From Mayamaea pseudoterrestris (Eukaryota), in assembly GCA_027923505.1 (NCBI GenBank), contig BROI01000036.1:186001-233453 (forward strand): 47,453 bases of DNA, given 5' to 3'. A program made the translations under genes and the position numbers. The notes beneath the pieces are model-generated. The model was not told the DNA's origin. It did not search any database and saw nothing but the letters and a program-made list of their open reading frames with translations. Below are positions 46,801-47,453 of this stretch, one piece after another. The first letter of the stretch is position 1; each line of letters opens with the position of its first letter.

Positions 46801-47453
46801 GGGTACTGCTGAGGCAGTGGCGCAAGGGCAGTGAGACGCAGTGAGGTTGCGGTGGCAGTGGCAGTGAGGCGGTGAAATTGCAGTGAGGCAATGGCGGGAG
46901 CAGTGAGGATGGCAGTGGGGGCGATGTTTGGTGCAGTGAGGCCAGTGAGATCGCAGTGAGGCAGTGAAGCAGCGAGGAGGAATTGCAGTGAGGCGGTGAG
47001 GTGCGGTGAGGGGGGTGAGGGTTGCGGTGAGGCGGGAGTGCAGTGAGGGCGGTGAGATGCAGTGTGCAGTGGCGGTGGGCGGGAAGTTGCAGTGAGGCAG
47101 TGGGGTGGTGAGGCAGTGAGGCAGTGGCAGTGAGGGCAGTAGAAGGAGAGAGTGGGCGGTGGTGCGGTGAGGAAGGGGTTGCAGTGGGGGCGAGTGAGGC
47201 AGTGAGTGTGTGGGCCGGGTGGGTTGCAGTGGCGGTGAGGCAGTAATTGCGAGAGCGGGGCAGTGAGGGAATTGTGATGGCGGAAGTTGCGGAGAAGGGC
47301 GGTGAGGCAGTGAGGCAGTGGGGCTGGTGAGGGCGGTGAGCGGTGAGGATTGCAGTGAGGCGTGAGGCGGTGAGGATTGCGGTGAGGCAGTGAGTTTGCA
47401 GTGGGGCGTGGTGCAGTGAGGCAGTGAGCGGTAGAAATTGCGGTGAGGCAGTG
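43878..47453 (+). repeat. G-rich degenerate microsatellite (GAGGCAGT)n with GAATTGCAGT variants, to window end
   Basis: Near-perfect GCAGTGAG octamers at 43878-44010, then increasingly degenerate (GCGGTGAG, GCAGTGGG); strong G skew on the + strand. Confidence 0.95.

Noticed and set aside
43877..46891. 1004-aa P/H/T/C-rich minus-strand ORF
   Set aside because: Translation of the C-rich strand of a simple repeat that rarely produces stop codons; no coding signal.

Overview
Eukaryotic DNA with GT-AG introns and bipartite (ASAFAP-type) plastid-targeting presequences, so most likely a diatom chromosome segment running into a subtelomere-like end. 1-23.7 kb is gene-dense: a partial low-complexity CDS, three paralogous bZIP genes, an intronless 2666-aa C2-like/DENN/WD40 gene, plastid dihydrolipoamide dehydrogenase, pyruvate kinase, a hypothetical gene and plastid class II aldolase. 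24-31.4 kb holds lineage-specific genes: an RNI/LRR-like gene, its frameshifted paralog, a membrane-anchored low-complexity protein and a protein with 18-aa repeats. 32.6-43.3 kb holds a decayed Ty1/Copia (CoDi-like) LTR element at 33522-42048 (CTGTA target-site duplication, TG...TA LTRs, internal duplications) inserted between two oppositely oriented arrays of a ~180-bp satellite. 43.9 kb to the end is a G-rich (GAGGCAGT)n-derived array. Most interesting: the same CRE-like TACGTCA motif lies ~150 bp upstream of the DENN, LPD, PK and FBA genes next to the bZIP trio (possible linked regulon); a possible tRNA-Asn half-molecule primer site; CpG-dominated LTR divergence; and a terminal repeat with telomere-like polarity. 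All gene models and counts were read by eye.
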